DNA of 64,000 nt, taken from the NCBI RefSeq assembly GCF_003334815.1, contig NZ_QOWO01000021.1. One strand, written 5' to 3'. The DNA comes from Escherichia coli. GTDB taxonomy: Bacteria; Pseudomonadota; Gammaproteobacteria; Enterobacterales; Enterobacteriaceae. A program made the translations under genes and the position numbers. The notes below the pieces were generated by a model that was not told the DNA's origin, made no database searches, and saw only the letters and a list, made by a program, of their open reading frames with translations. Shown piece by piece: positions 1 to 7,957 of this stretch (within the stretch, counting starts at the first letter, position 1; every line of letters starts with the position of its first letter).

Positions 1-2
1 GC

Positions 3-140
3 TATGAATATCTGCTGGAGAAGTACAGCTCGCTGGAATCCATTCATACTGAGATTGGCACCAACGAACTTGGCGAGCTGGAAGAGCAAAAAATCTTTAC
101 CGGCGATCTGCTGACACCGTGGCGTAACAGGCGATATTGA
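3..140 (+). CDS. 3' end of an uncharacterized upstream gene (C-terminal 45 codons, truncated by window edge)
   Basis: Open frame from window start to a TGA at 138-140 (translation ...YEYLLEKYSSLESIHTEIGTNELGELEEQKIFTGDLLTPWRNRRY); co-directional with and 67 nt upstream of the helicase gene; frame choice not certain. Confidence 0.35.
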   Translation, partial: YEYLLEKYSSLESIHTEIGTNELGELEEQKIFTGDLLTPWRNRRY

Positions 141-207
141 TAGCGACGCCCTCTTCTCTAAGTTAAGTCAGCAGGCTTTTTCAGGACATCTTAAGAGGTA
201 AGTACAT

Positions 208-3200
208 ATGGACTTATTTGACCTGTTAACAATTAAATTTACCTTGCCCGCGAAAGCTGCCCCTGTAAGAAAAGTGGGTGGGAATTATGTTCATAAATTA
301 CTTTGCCGATCAACAACAGTATTGGCTCAAGTCAGAAATGCACGTTTCCAAGGATATTTTGAACTTGTTACGGGTCTAAAGCCCCCTCTGGACTATGTCT
401 ATCTGAAAGATCCAAATTCCAGGGGTAAATGCGCAGATGGTGTAGCTTCCCTTAAAGCTAAGGAACCATTTACATTCGAAAAATGGCGAGAAGATACTGA
501 GTTAAGCTGGGAGCAATTTCCAGAGCAGGTAATTAGCACTTCACCTAATGAAATTAATGAACAATGGCATCATCAATTTCAGTTTAGAGAGGACGATCCA
601 GAGCGCAATTCTCCCGGTCTCAGAAAACCCCAACTGGGTGCACTTCATGCAATTGCAGGCTATTTCGCCACTGATTTGCAGGTAGAACCTGCTACCGTCG
701 TACTGCCCACTGGAACGGGAAAAACGGAAACAATGCTGGCTACCATGATATACCAGCGATGCGAGCGAATTTTGCTCATAGTCCCATCTGACTCTCTCCG
801 AACACAGATATCCAAAAAGTTCATCGATTTAGGATATTTGCCAGAGCTAACAGTCGTTCCACCCAACATTGCACTTCCTAATGTCGCCATTATTAAGAAA
901 GGAATTCAGGTAGCGGAAGAAGCTAAGCAATTAGCTTGTGAATCAAACGTCTTGGTTGCTACGACCAGCGTTTTGTCTGCCTGCTCCGAAACAGCATTAA
1001 ATGCACTTTGCGAGTTGTGTAGCCATCTTTTTGTTGATGAGGCTCATCATATCTCAGCCTCATCATGGCAGACAATTCGCAAACGATTTAAAAACAAACG
1101 TGTAGTGCAGTTTACAGCTACCCCTTTTAGGAATGATAAAAAGTCCCTTGGTGGGAAAATTATCTATAACTACACGATGGGGGAAGCCCAACGAGCAGGC
1201 TATTTTACAAATGTAAATTTGCTGCCTGTAGAAGAGTATTACTCTGACCTTATGGATCACGCAATCGCAGATAAAGCTGTTGGCCAACTGCGTATAGACT
1301 TAAATAATGGCCTTGATCATTTGCTTATGGCCCGTACTAGCAATAAGCAGCGAGCAGAAGAAATACTGACTATTTATCAGAATATTGTACCGAACTTTAA
1401 TCCAATCGTTATTCATTCTGATTATCCTAAAACGGAAATAAAAAAACGTCTTAATAAATTATTATCAAGACAATCAAGAATCGTTATTTGCGTAGACATG
1501 TTGGGAGAAGGCTATGACCTACCCAACCTGAAAATTGCCGCTTTGCATGATCACCATAAGTCTCTTGCAGTAACTTTGCAGTTTATTGGCCGTTTTACTC
1601 GTGTCAATAAAGCACAGAAAATTGGTCAAGCTAGTGTAGTCATGAATGTTGCAGACCCTAATGTTGAAGGTGAATTACAGCATCTATATTCAACAGATGC
1701 CGATTGGGATAACGTATTAAGGCGACTCTCTGAAGGACGAATTGCTAGAGAGATTAGGTTGCAAGAGGTCGTGGATGCCTTAAAAAGGAAAGGTGATTTA
1801 CACGATCAGATCTCTCTCTGGAACCTTGAGCCAAGTTGTTCTGTCATGTTATTTAAAACATACTGTGACAATTGGGAGCCTGAAAGATACAAGGAAAAAC
1901 TGCCTAGATTCGATGAATCATGGCATGCAATAGCAGAAGATGAGAATTTGCTTGTTGTGCTAGCTGTCCAGACAACTTCAGTCCGGTGGGGAAACTACAA
2001 AGATCTTAAAGATACCAATTATAAAATTCTAATTGCTCATTGGGATCAAAGCAGATCCGCCTTGTTTGTATTCTCAAATGACTATAAAGCATTCCGGGTT
2101 GAGAATCTGGTTAGTACTATTTGTGATGATAAATTTGAAATTGTCAGTGGTGAAAAAGTTTTTAATGTATTTAATGGTATTGAATATCCTTTAGCAAGAA
2201 ATTTAGGCGCATCCCAAATTGGAGCAATAAGCTTTACTCAATATTTTGGCCCAAATGTCACTGAGGGGCTATCACTAATTGAAGCGTCTCAATCAAGCTT
2301 AAGCAATATTGCTGCATTAGGTTATGAATCCGGAAACCGTGTAATCTGGGGATGCTCGCAACGCAGAGGTAAGGTCTGGTCACCACAAAAAGGGGGTAGC
2401 ATTGCTGATTGGTGCAACTGGGTTAAGAAAACTTGGGACAAAATCTTTAGTTCTGAACCAGATCCAAACAACCTTACGCGTAACTTTTTGCGTCCTGTCC
2501 CATTACTCGAACCCTATAATGAATATCCAATATCAGCTCAATGGGGTGAGTATTTGCTTACTACGTTCGAAGATAAAGTTATTTTTCATTTTGATGCTAT
2601 ATCAGCTCACTTATATTTAGTAGATGTGAAGACTGCTGGAAAGTTTGACGATGGCAATGTGCGGCTCATTTTTTCTACAGATGAAACTTCATCTGAATAT
2701 AAATTATGTCTTACAGGTAGTACTACAGCAAAAGGTTATGCCTATCAGTTGATTTCTGGCCCTGAAGTCTTTGTACAGCGAGGTGAATCTGAACCTGTAT
2801 CACTATCAGAATATATGGAAATTGATCCAGTAATGATTCATTACTCCGATGGCTCATTTTCTTACAACGCTCATATAGTTCATGTAAGCCCAAATATTGG
2901 CCTTTATGACAAAGACGAAATTGTAGCTTTTGATTGGAATGGAACTGATGTTCGACTGGAATCAATGGGCTATACTCGTGATCCATCATCCATCCAGTGG
3001 CGTTGGTACAGTGAAATTAAAGATAATTACGATGTTATTATTAATGACGACGGTAAAGGTGAGTCAGCTGATTTAGTTGGGTTAAGAATAGTTGATGACT
3101 GTATTGTTCTCTCTTTAATTCATTGCAAGTATTCAGGCTCAGAAGAAGCTGGAGCAAGACTTAAAGATCTTTACGAAGTATGTGGGCAGGCACAGAGATG

Positions 3201-3489
3201 CATTCGTTGGAAGCACCTGAATCTTTCCTATTTATACCACCACATTAAGCGGCGCGAGGAACAGTGGCGATCGCTTGGTCATTCTCGCTTTCTAAAAGGC
3301 ACTATAAAAGACCTTGCAGCTATGAAAGAGCGCTCCAGAATCACACCTCTTAAATTCCAAGTTGTTATTGTTCAACCAGGACTTAGAGTAAACAAAATTA
3401 ATGAAGAAGGCCTTAAGTTACTTGGCAGTACGGCCTTATTTATCAAGAAAACAACGATGGCAGACTTAGTTGTTATTGGTTCTAAATAG
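208..3489 (+). CDS. SF2 (ResIII/DEAD-DEAH type) helicase-family ATPase with long uncharacterized C-terminal region (1093 aa)
   Basis: ATG at 208 preceded by AAGAGG at 193-198; Walker A GTGKT (nt 712-726), DEAHH (nt 1036-1050), TATP motif III, QFIGRFTR motif VI (nt 1579-1602); residues ~470-1093 unassigned; AT-rich codon usage. Confidence 0.85.
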   Translation: MDLFDLLTIKFTLPAKAAPVRKVGGNYVHKLLCRSTTVLAQVRNARFQGYFELVTGLKPPLDYVYLKDPNSRGKCADGVASLKAKEPFTFEKWREDTELSWEQFPEQVISTSPNEINEQWHHQFQFREDDPERNSPGLRKPQLGALHAIAGYFATDLQVEPATVVLPTGTGKTETMLATMIYQRCERILLIVPSDSLRTQISKKFIDLGYLPELTVVPPNIALPNVAIIKKGIQVAEEAKQLACESNVLVATTSVLSACSETALNALCELCSHLFVDEAHHISASSWQTIRKRFKNKRVVQFTATPFRNDKKSLGGKIIYNYTMGEAQRAGYFTNVNLLPVEEYYSDLMDHAIADKAVGQLRIDLNNGLDHLLMARTSNKQRAEEILTIYQNIVPNFNPIVIHSDYPKTEIKKRLNKLLSRQSRIVICVDMLGEGYDLPNLKIAALHDHHKSLAVTLQFIGRFTRVNKAQKIGQASVVMNVADPNVEGELQHLYSTDADWDNVLRRLSEGRIAREIRLQEVVDALKRKGDLHDQISLWNLEPSCSVMLFKTYCDNWEPERYKEKLPRFDESWHAIAEDENLLVVLAVQTTSVRWGNYKDLKDTNYKILIAHWDQSRSALFVFSNDYKAFRVENLVSTICDDKFEIVSGEKVFNVFNGIEYPLARNLGASQIGAISFTQYFGPNVTEGLSLIEASQSSLSNIAALGYESGNRVIWGCSQRRGKVWSPQKGGSIADWCNWVKKTWDKIFSSEPDPNNLTRNFLRPVPLLEPYNEYPISAQWGEYLLTTFEDKVIFHFDAISAHLYLVDVKTAGKFDDGNVRLIFSTDETSSEYKLCLTGSTTAKGYAYQLISGPEVFVQRGESEPVSLSEYMEIDPVMIHYSDGSFSYNAHIVHVSPNIGLYDKDEIVAFDWNGTDVRLESMGYTRDPSSIQWRWYSEIKDNYDVIINDDGKGESADLVGLRIVDDCIVLSLIHCKYSGSEEAGARLKDLYEVCGQAQRCIRWKHLNLSYLYHHIKRREEQWRSLGHSRFLKGTIKDLAAMKERSRITPLKFQVVIVQPGLRVNKINEEGLKLLGSTALFIKKTTMADLVVIGSK

Positions 3490-3584
3490 GACGAAAAATT
3501 GATAATATTCGATTTTAGTAATATTAAATAACGAATTGAATATGCTATAAAAATGATGGAAAAAGCAAGAAAAGAGAGTAAATT

Positions 3585-4907
3585 ATGATCCTATTCTTTT
3601 ATCCCTACATAATGCTTTGCTATAGCGCTGGATACGCTTTATTGCAAACACTGGATGGGATGGGTGTGATTAGTACCAACTTTGTAGAAATGAACGCACA
3701 GGGTGCTCTTTTGAGCAGTTACTGGTCTCCCAATAAAGTTGCTGTAGTCTTAGGAGGATGTTTTCTTGAGCTCTTTATTTTATTATTACCTTTTGTTTTC
3801 TTGAGCTCATGGATACTTGCCAGAAAAAAGGGACTCATCATTTGTTTTGTTCTTCTTATAACCCCTGGCCTATTATCGCTCTGTCACCTTCTTCCTGCTA
3901 TCCAGTGGTTGCCATTGACCTATGAAATAGGAGGTACAGGTGCAACAGGTAACGCAGCTGGACTCGGAAGTCTTAGCTTCATAGGGCTATTGAGTGGTTG
4001 GATTTTGGCAGTAATCATTAGTGATATTTTTGCTACAGGAGAGAAATTCAGACAGTGGACAGATATTTTCCTAATACTGACAGCAGTTGGAAACGGTCTT
4101 TTCTGGGTATCAGACAGAGAGGTGGCTGTCGGTAAAACCGCATATGAGAAAACAATTACGGATATTAATGATGCAGCCAAATACCTTCTTTTTCAGGTGA
4201 AAGACTACAGCCGCATGTGTGACAATAACGGGCTTACCGAAATGTCATCTTGTCAGTGGGCATCGTACATTCAAGAAACGCTAGAAAATATTGCCAGTAC
4301 AAAATCATCTGTTATTGAATATGTAATACCTGAAAATCTTGACACCTTCTACCGAATTCCTGAGTACTATAGCAATCAAGTATCTCCAGATAAAATCAGA
4401 CAGGAATTTCAAGACTTCAATAAAAAACTATGCCCAAATAAATCTCTTTCCAAAACAATAACACAATTGCCATCACCTTCTCGATGGTGCCAGACCCCAC
4501 CCCCAGCTTACTGCAATGCCATTCAAGAGGGAAAATATAAAACAGGCATGTCAGACCGTTTCGCTGTCGCCAATGAGTGTGTAACTACATCATTATTAAG
4601 GTACCGCCAAGTTTTATTAAAAGAACAAGCTCGTTTATCCTTAAGTAAAAATGCCCCTCATTATAGATGGATGTGGTTTATTGCTATGTCTTTTTTTATT
4701 GGAGGGAAAATTGCCAATGTAATGACAAAAATAGGTAATGTAGAGAATCGTCTCATAACTGAGAAACATAGAGTTAAATTCATCCTTCTAAAAACATGTG
4801 GTTTTATTGTGCGTACATTAATAAGATGTGCCATCTTATTTCGGAAAGTGTTTTTTTCAACGATCAATTATATCAAAAGATTGAAGAAAATAAAGCATGA
4901 TACTTAA
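3585..4907 (+). CDS. Putative polytopic membrane protein, function unknown (440 aa; start codon uncertain)
   Basis: 1.3 kb ORF in AT-rich DNA; N-terminal half has several hydrophobic helix-length segments, one more near C-terminus; 95 nt downstream of helicase gene, same strand. Confidence 0.55.
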   Translation: MILFFYPYIMLCYSAGYALLQTLDGMGVISTNFVEMNAQGALLSSYWSPNKVAVVLGGCFLELFILLLPFVFLSSWILARKKGLIICFVLLITPGLLSLCHLLPAIQWLPLTYEIGGTGATGNAAGLGSLSFIGLLSGWILAVIISDIFATGEKFRQWTDIFLILTAVGNGLFWVSDREVAVGKTAYEKTITDINDAAKYLLFQVKDYSRMCDNNGLTEMSSCQWASYIQETLENIASTKSSVIEYVIPENLDTFYRIPEYYSNQVSPDKIRQEFQDFNKKLCPNKSLSKTITQLPSPSRWCQTPPPAYCNAIQEGKYKTGMSDRFAVANECVTTSLLRYRQVLLKEQARLSLSKNAPHYRWMWFIAMSFFIGGKIANVMTKIGNVENRLITEKHRVKFILLKTCGFIVRTLIRCAILFRKVFFSTINYIKRLKKIKHDT

Positions 4908-5425
4908 ATAGAATAGTGACAAACACTCAATTGCAAGGTCATTCTTTGTGTTGAATGAATAAAGAACAAGGGGTACTTTCTCCTGTACCCTTGGAGTTTA
5001 TATTAGATAATACATCTGAATCTACTCTGGTGATTCACACTAGCGGCAATAGTGTTTTGTACTCAACCGTTTATACAATAGCATCCATGACTAATTGAGC
5101 GTAGAGTTCAGTAAGCTTATTAATTATCCACTTATTGAAAGAATTCGTGGAACGCTCTTACCGATAAAATCAGTGAATGTATTGCTCTTGGTGATAATGC
5201 CATTGGGAAAAATTACCAACCAGCCATCCCATTAAGGCTAGCCGATTAACTTTAATTGAATCGCCACGGATTTGGCAAACAATTCACATGTCTCTACTAC
5301 GCTTGATTTTTTCGTAGTATAACAGCGTAACCCTTTTTCTCCCGGTTTACATACAAGAAACCTGTTCATCATTGCTGATGAAGATATATGCTGCCCTTAC
5401 ACGATAATTGTTTAGGATAGTAACA

Positions 5426-6391
5426 ATGCCTTTAGATTTAAGTAACACTTTAGTGATTGGCATCAGCGCGACTGCGCTTTTTGATATGAGTGAATCCGAT
5501 CGCATGTTTTGCGAAACCTATGCGACCGATCCTGATAGCGCCATTGAAAAATACCGCGCCTATATGCTGGAGCACGAAAACCAACCTTTACAGCCCGGAA
5601 CAGGCTACCCTTTAGTCAAAGCGTTGCTGGGTCTGAACCAGTACCGTCAACCGGATGATAAATCACCGTTGGTTGAAGTCGTTGTGATGTCACGTAACAG
5701 CCCTGATACAGGTATCCGCGTTCTGAATACTATTCGCCATGACAGGCTCGATATCACGCGCTCTGCCTTTACAGCAGGCGAAACTGTTGCTGATTACCTT
5801 GATGCCTTTGATGTGGATCTGTTTTTAACAACTAACGTTGAAGATGCGCAAAAGGTGATTGATTCCCGATTCTGCGCCGCTGCAATCCTGAAAGATCCGC
5901 CTTCTGACGCATCTGATATCCCGGAAGGGCAAGTGCGCATTGCTTTTGACGGCGACGCGGTACTTTTTTCCGATCAAAGCGAACTGGTTTATAAGACCCA
6001 AGGAATGGTTGCCTTTCATGCTCAGGAAGACGCGCAGCAGGATATCCCTATGGAAGAGGGGCCTTATGCCACTTTGCTAAAAAAAATAGCCAAGCTTCAG
6101 GAACGATTGCCGACCCGCGTTGAGTATTCTCCTGTTCGTATTGCATTGGTGACAGCCCGAAATAGCCCTTCGGAAATGCGCGTTATTAAAACGCTAAGAA
6201 GCTGGGGGGTATATGTCGATGAAGCTTTTTTTCTTGGCGGCGTAGAGAAAACAAAAGTTCTGAAGGCATTTAAACCACACATTTTCTTCGACGATCAGGA
6301 TGTGCATTTAAATACAGCTGCAAAGGTTGTACCTTCCGGGAAAGTACCTTATGCCAGTAACTCCGAACTGGCAGAGCGTGAAGCATCGTAA
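5426..6391 (+). CDS. HAD-like 5'-nucleotidase-family protein (putative)
   Basis: ORF with AGGA 8 nt upstream of ATG 5426; two internally similar halves each with an Asp-rich segment (LFDMSESD and IAFDGDAVLF) and C-terminal FFDDQD resembling HAD phosphatase motifs; family assignment from recollection. Confidence 0.65.
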   Translation: MPLDLSNTLVIGISATALFDMSESDRMFCETYATDPDSAIEKYRAYMLEHENQPLQPGTGYPLVKALLGLNQYRQPDDKSPLVEVVVMSRNSPDTGIRVLNTIRHDRLDITRSAFTAGETVADYLDAFDVDLFLTTNVEDAQKVIDSRFCAAAILKDPPSDASDIPEGQVRIAFDGDAVLFSDQSELVYKTQGMVAFHAQEDAQQDIPMEEGPYATLLKKIAKLQERLPTRVEYSPVRIALVTARNSPSEMRVIKTLRSWGVYVDEAFFLGGVEKTKVLKAFKPHIFFDDQDVHLNTAAKVVPSGKVPYASNSELAEREAS

Positions 6392-6582
6392 TTATCGCTG
6401 ATAAACCATTTAGTCATTAAGGCTGGATGGTTTGTATACCACACGCAAAATAACGGCCCTACCCCAGATCAATGCTCGCCTCTGAACACCTCTTTCCTGT
6501 GCCATTCCACAAACTGTTCGCCCGGATAATTTTCTTTAACCGGTGGCAACGCAATCGCTTTTCCCGCAAAATCCCAGAACAG

Positions 6583-7344
6583 TCACTGTACCACTCCACC
6601 ATCATTTACCGCACCGGAAACTACCACACGCATATTTTCATCCAGGTCAATCGAACCGCGATCAAACGCTTTATGATGGATTGCGCACAATGCCAGGCCA
6701 TTAGGTACTTCACAAGGGCCATGGTGCTGTTTCCATCTGATATGAGCAGCTTCCAGAGCAATCGGCGCATTGTCGTGGCGCATGTTAAAGCCGCAGATAG
6801 CGCACTGATAATTGTAAGCATGTAGCACCATCTGGCGAAACTTCGGATCGCGTTGACGAAGAGAGGTGCGAATATCAAAACTCCTCTCGTCAGCTATCTC
6901 TTCCTGAATACTGGCCGGGAAATGCGCCTCCAGGAGCTGCTGCGCCAGCGTATCAATTAACCTGTAATTTTTTTCCACCAACGCAAAATTATCGGCATCA
7001 AATCCACCAGCGACATTATATTCAATGAGTTCACGTCGGGGCGGCTGGCGGCTACCACTGGTTGAGCACAGTTCCGCGTTATGTAGTTCCCAGAAGCCAT
7101 CGCCCTTCAGACGCCAGAACGGCATGTCCGGGCGCTGGTCACGGCGCTGCGGTCCATAACGTTCCAGGAGATCCAACAGGGGCTCGTAGATTTCAGAAGC
7201 ATAGTTAAACAGGCGACCATGACTCTGCCGATAGTGTGAGAGAACGTACAGCAGCAATAATGGCTTATGTGGCGCACGTTGTTCACCTTTGCGCCAGATG
7301 GTGATATTTGATATCGCTTGCTTTAGGGTTTTGTCAGAGGTCAT
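6583..7344 (-). CDS. HNH endonuclease-family protein with uncharacterized N-terminal domain
   Basis: C-terminal HNH signature (YQCAICGF ... AAHIRWKQHHG ... NGLALCAIHHKAFDRG); start could be ATG 7344 or upstream TTG 7389. Confidence 0.75.
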   Translation of the reverse strand: MTSDKTLKQAISNITIWRKGEQRAPHKPLLLLYVLSHYRQSHGRLFNYASEIYEPLLDLLERYGPQRRDQRPDMPFWRLKGDGFWELHNAELCSTSGSRQPPRRELIEYNVAGGFDADNFALVEKNYRLIDTLAQQLLEAHFPASIQEEIADERSFDIRTSLRQRDPKFRQMVLHAYNYQCAICGFNMRHDNAPIALEAAHIRWKQHHGPCEVPNGLALCAIHHKAFDRGSIDLDENMRVVVSGAVNDGGVVQ

Positions 7345-7463
7345 TGCGTTGAAGAATCCATGAGCATATGTTTGCGATGATGCTCGCAACTATATGTATA
7401 TTCAAGGCATTATTGCAGACATCCTTTTTGCCTGACGGCTCTGTACCTGGCAGATGGAATTCT

Positions 7464-7518
7464 GAAAAAAATACAGCGACCAACCAGTCCTAAGCGGTCT
7501 GGTTGGTCTTTTAAATTT
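7464..7518. terminator. Hairpin (gaccaaccag / ctggttggtc) flanked by A-run and T-run; candidate bidirectional intrinsic terminator
   Basis: 10-bp perfect inverted repeat at 7478-7487 / 7499-7508 with 11-nt loop, AAAAAAA upstream and TTTTAAATTT downstream. Confidence 0.5.
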
Positions 7519-7549
7519 AAACATCAGCCAAGGAGTAACGGCATTCAAC

Positions 7550-7780
7550 TCACTCGCCATTACCCCGATTGATCTTCGCATAGTCAAACGGCGTAATCGC
7601 TCTTTCCCGATTGGCATCCAGAAAATCGACCCACCACTGCAACATCAGCTTACGCTCATCCAGATATTCCGCTTTATGGATTATACGCGGCCTGCACTGA
7701 GTTACGTCCATGTGGCTCATCTGACGTTCAGCCGCTTTATCTCGTGCTGTTTTGGTCTCAATACTTCCATGCCGTTGCAA
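7550..7780 (-). pseudogene. Remnant of a P4-type tyrosine integrase (C-terminal ~70 codons only)
   Basis: Translation aligns to the C-terminus of the intact integrase at 10668-11933 (about 37 of 58 residues identical by manual alignment, e.g. IHKAE.L.ER.LMLQWW.DFLDANRER); N-terminal catalytic body absent. Confidence 0.7.
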
Positions 7781-7957
7781 TTACCTCTTAAACCATTCCT
7801 TACCATTTTCATGTCTTCGATAAGAAATCTTCATCATGCATGATCGATTTTGTCTATCTATTCGATCGAATTTTTTCTTTTTACCCTGTCTTTTGCATGG
7901 TTTTAAAATAAGCAACCTTCTTTATCGGGTGGGTAAGAACCAACGGAGATGATTGAA

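Noticed and set aside
6472-6878. ORFs 6472-6825 (+) and 6621-6878 (-) overlapping the HNH endonuclease gene
   Set aside because: The HNH frame carries a recognisable catalytic motif; the overlapping frames do not and are best explained as chance open frames.
7781-7957. Partial direct repeat of the pheV 3' end (att site) between the two island modules
   Set aside because: Looked for tggtgcccggactcggaatcgaa-like sequence; only weak resemblance (ttcgatcgaa), insufficient to call.
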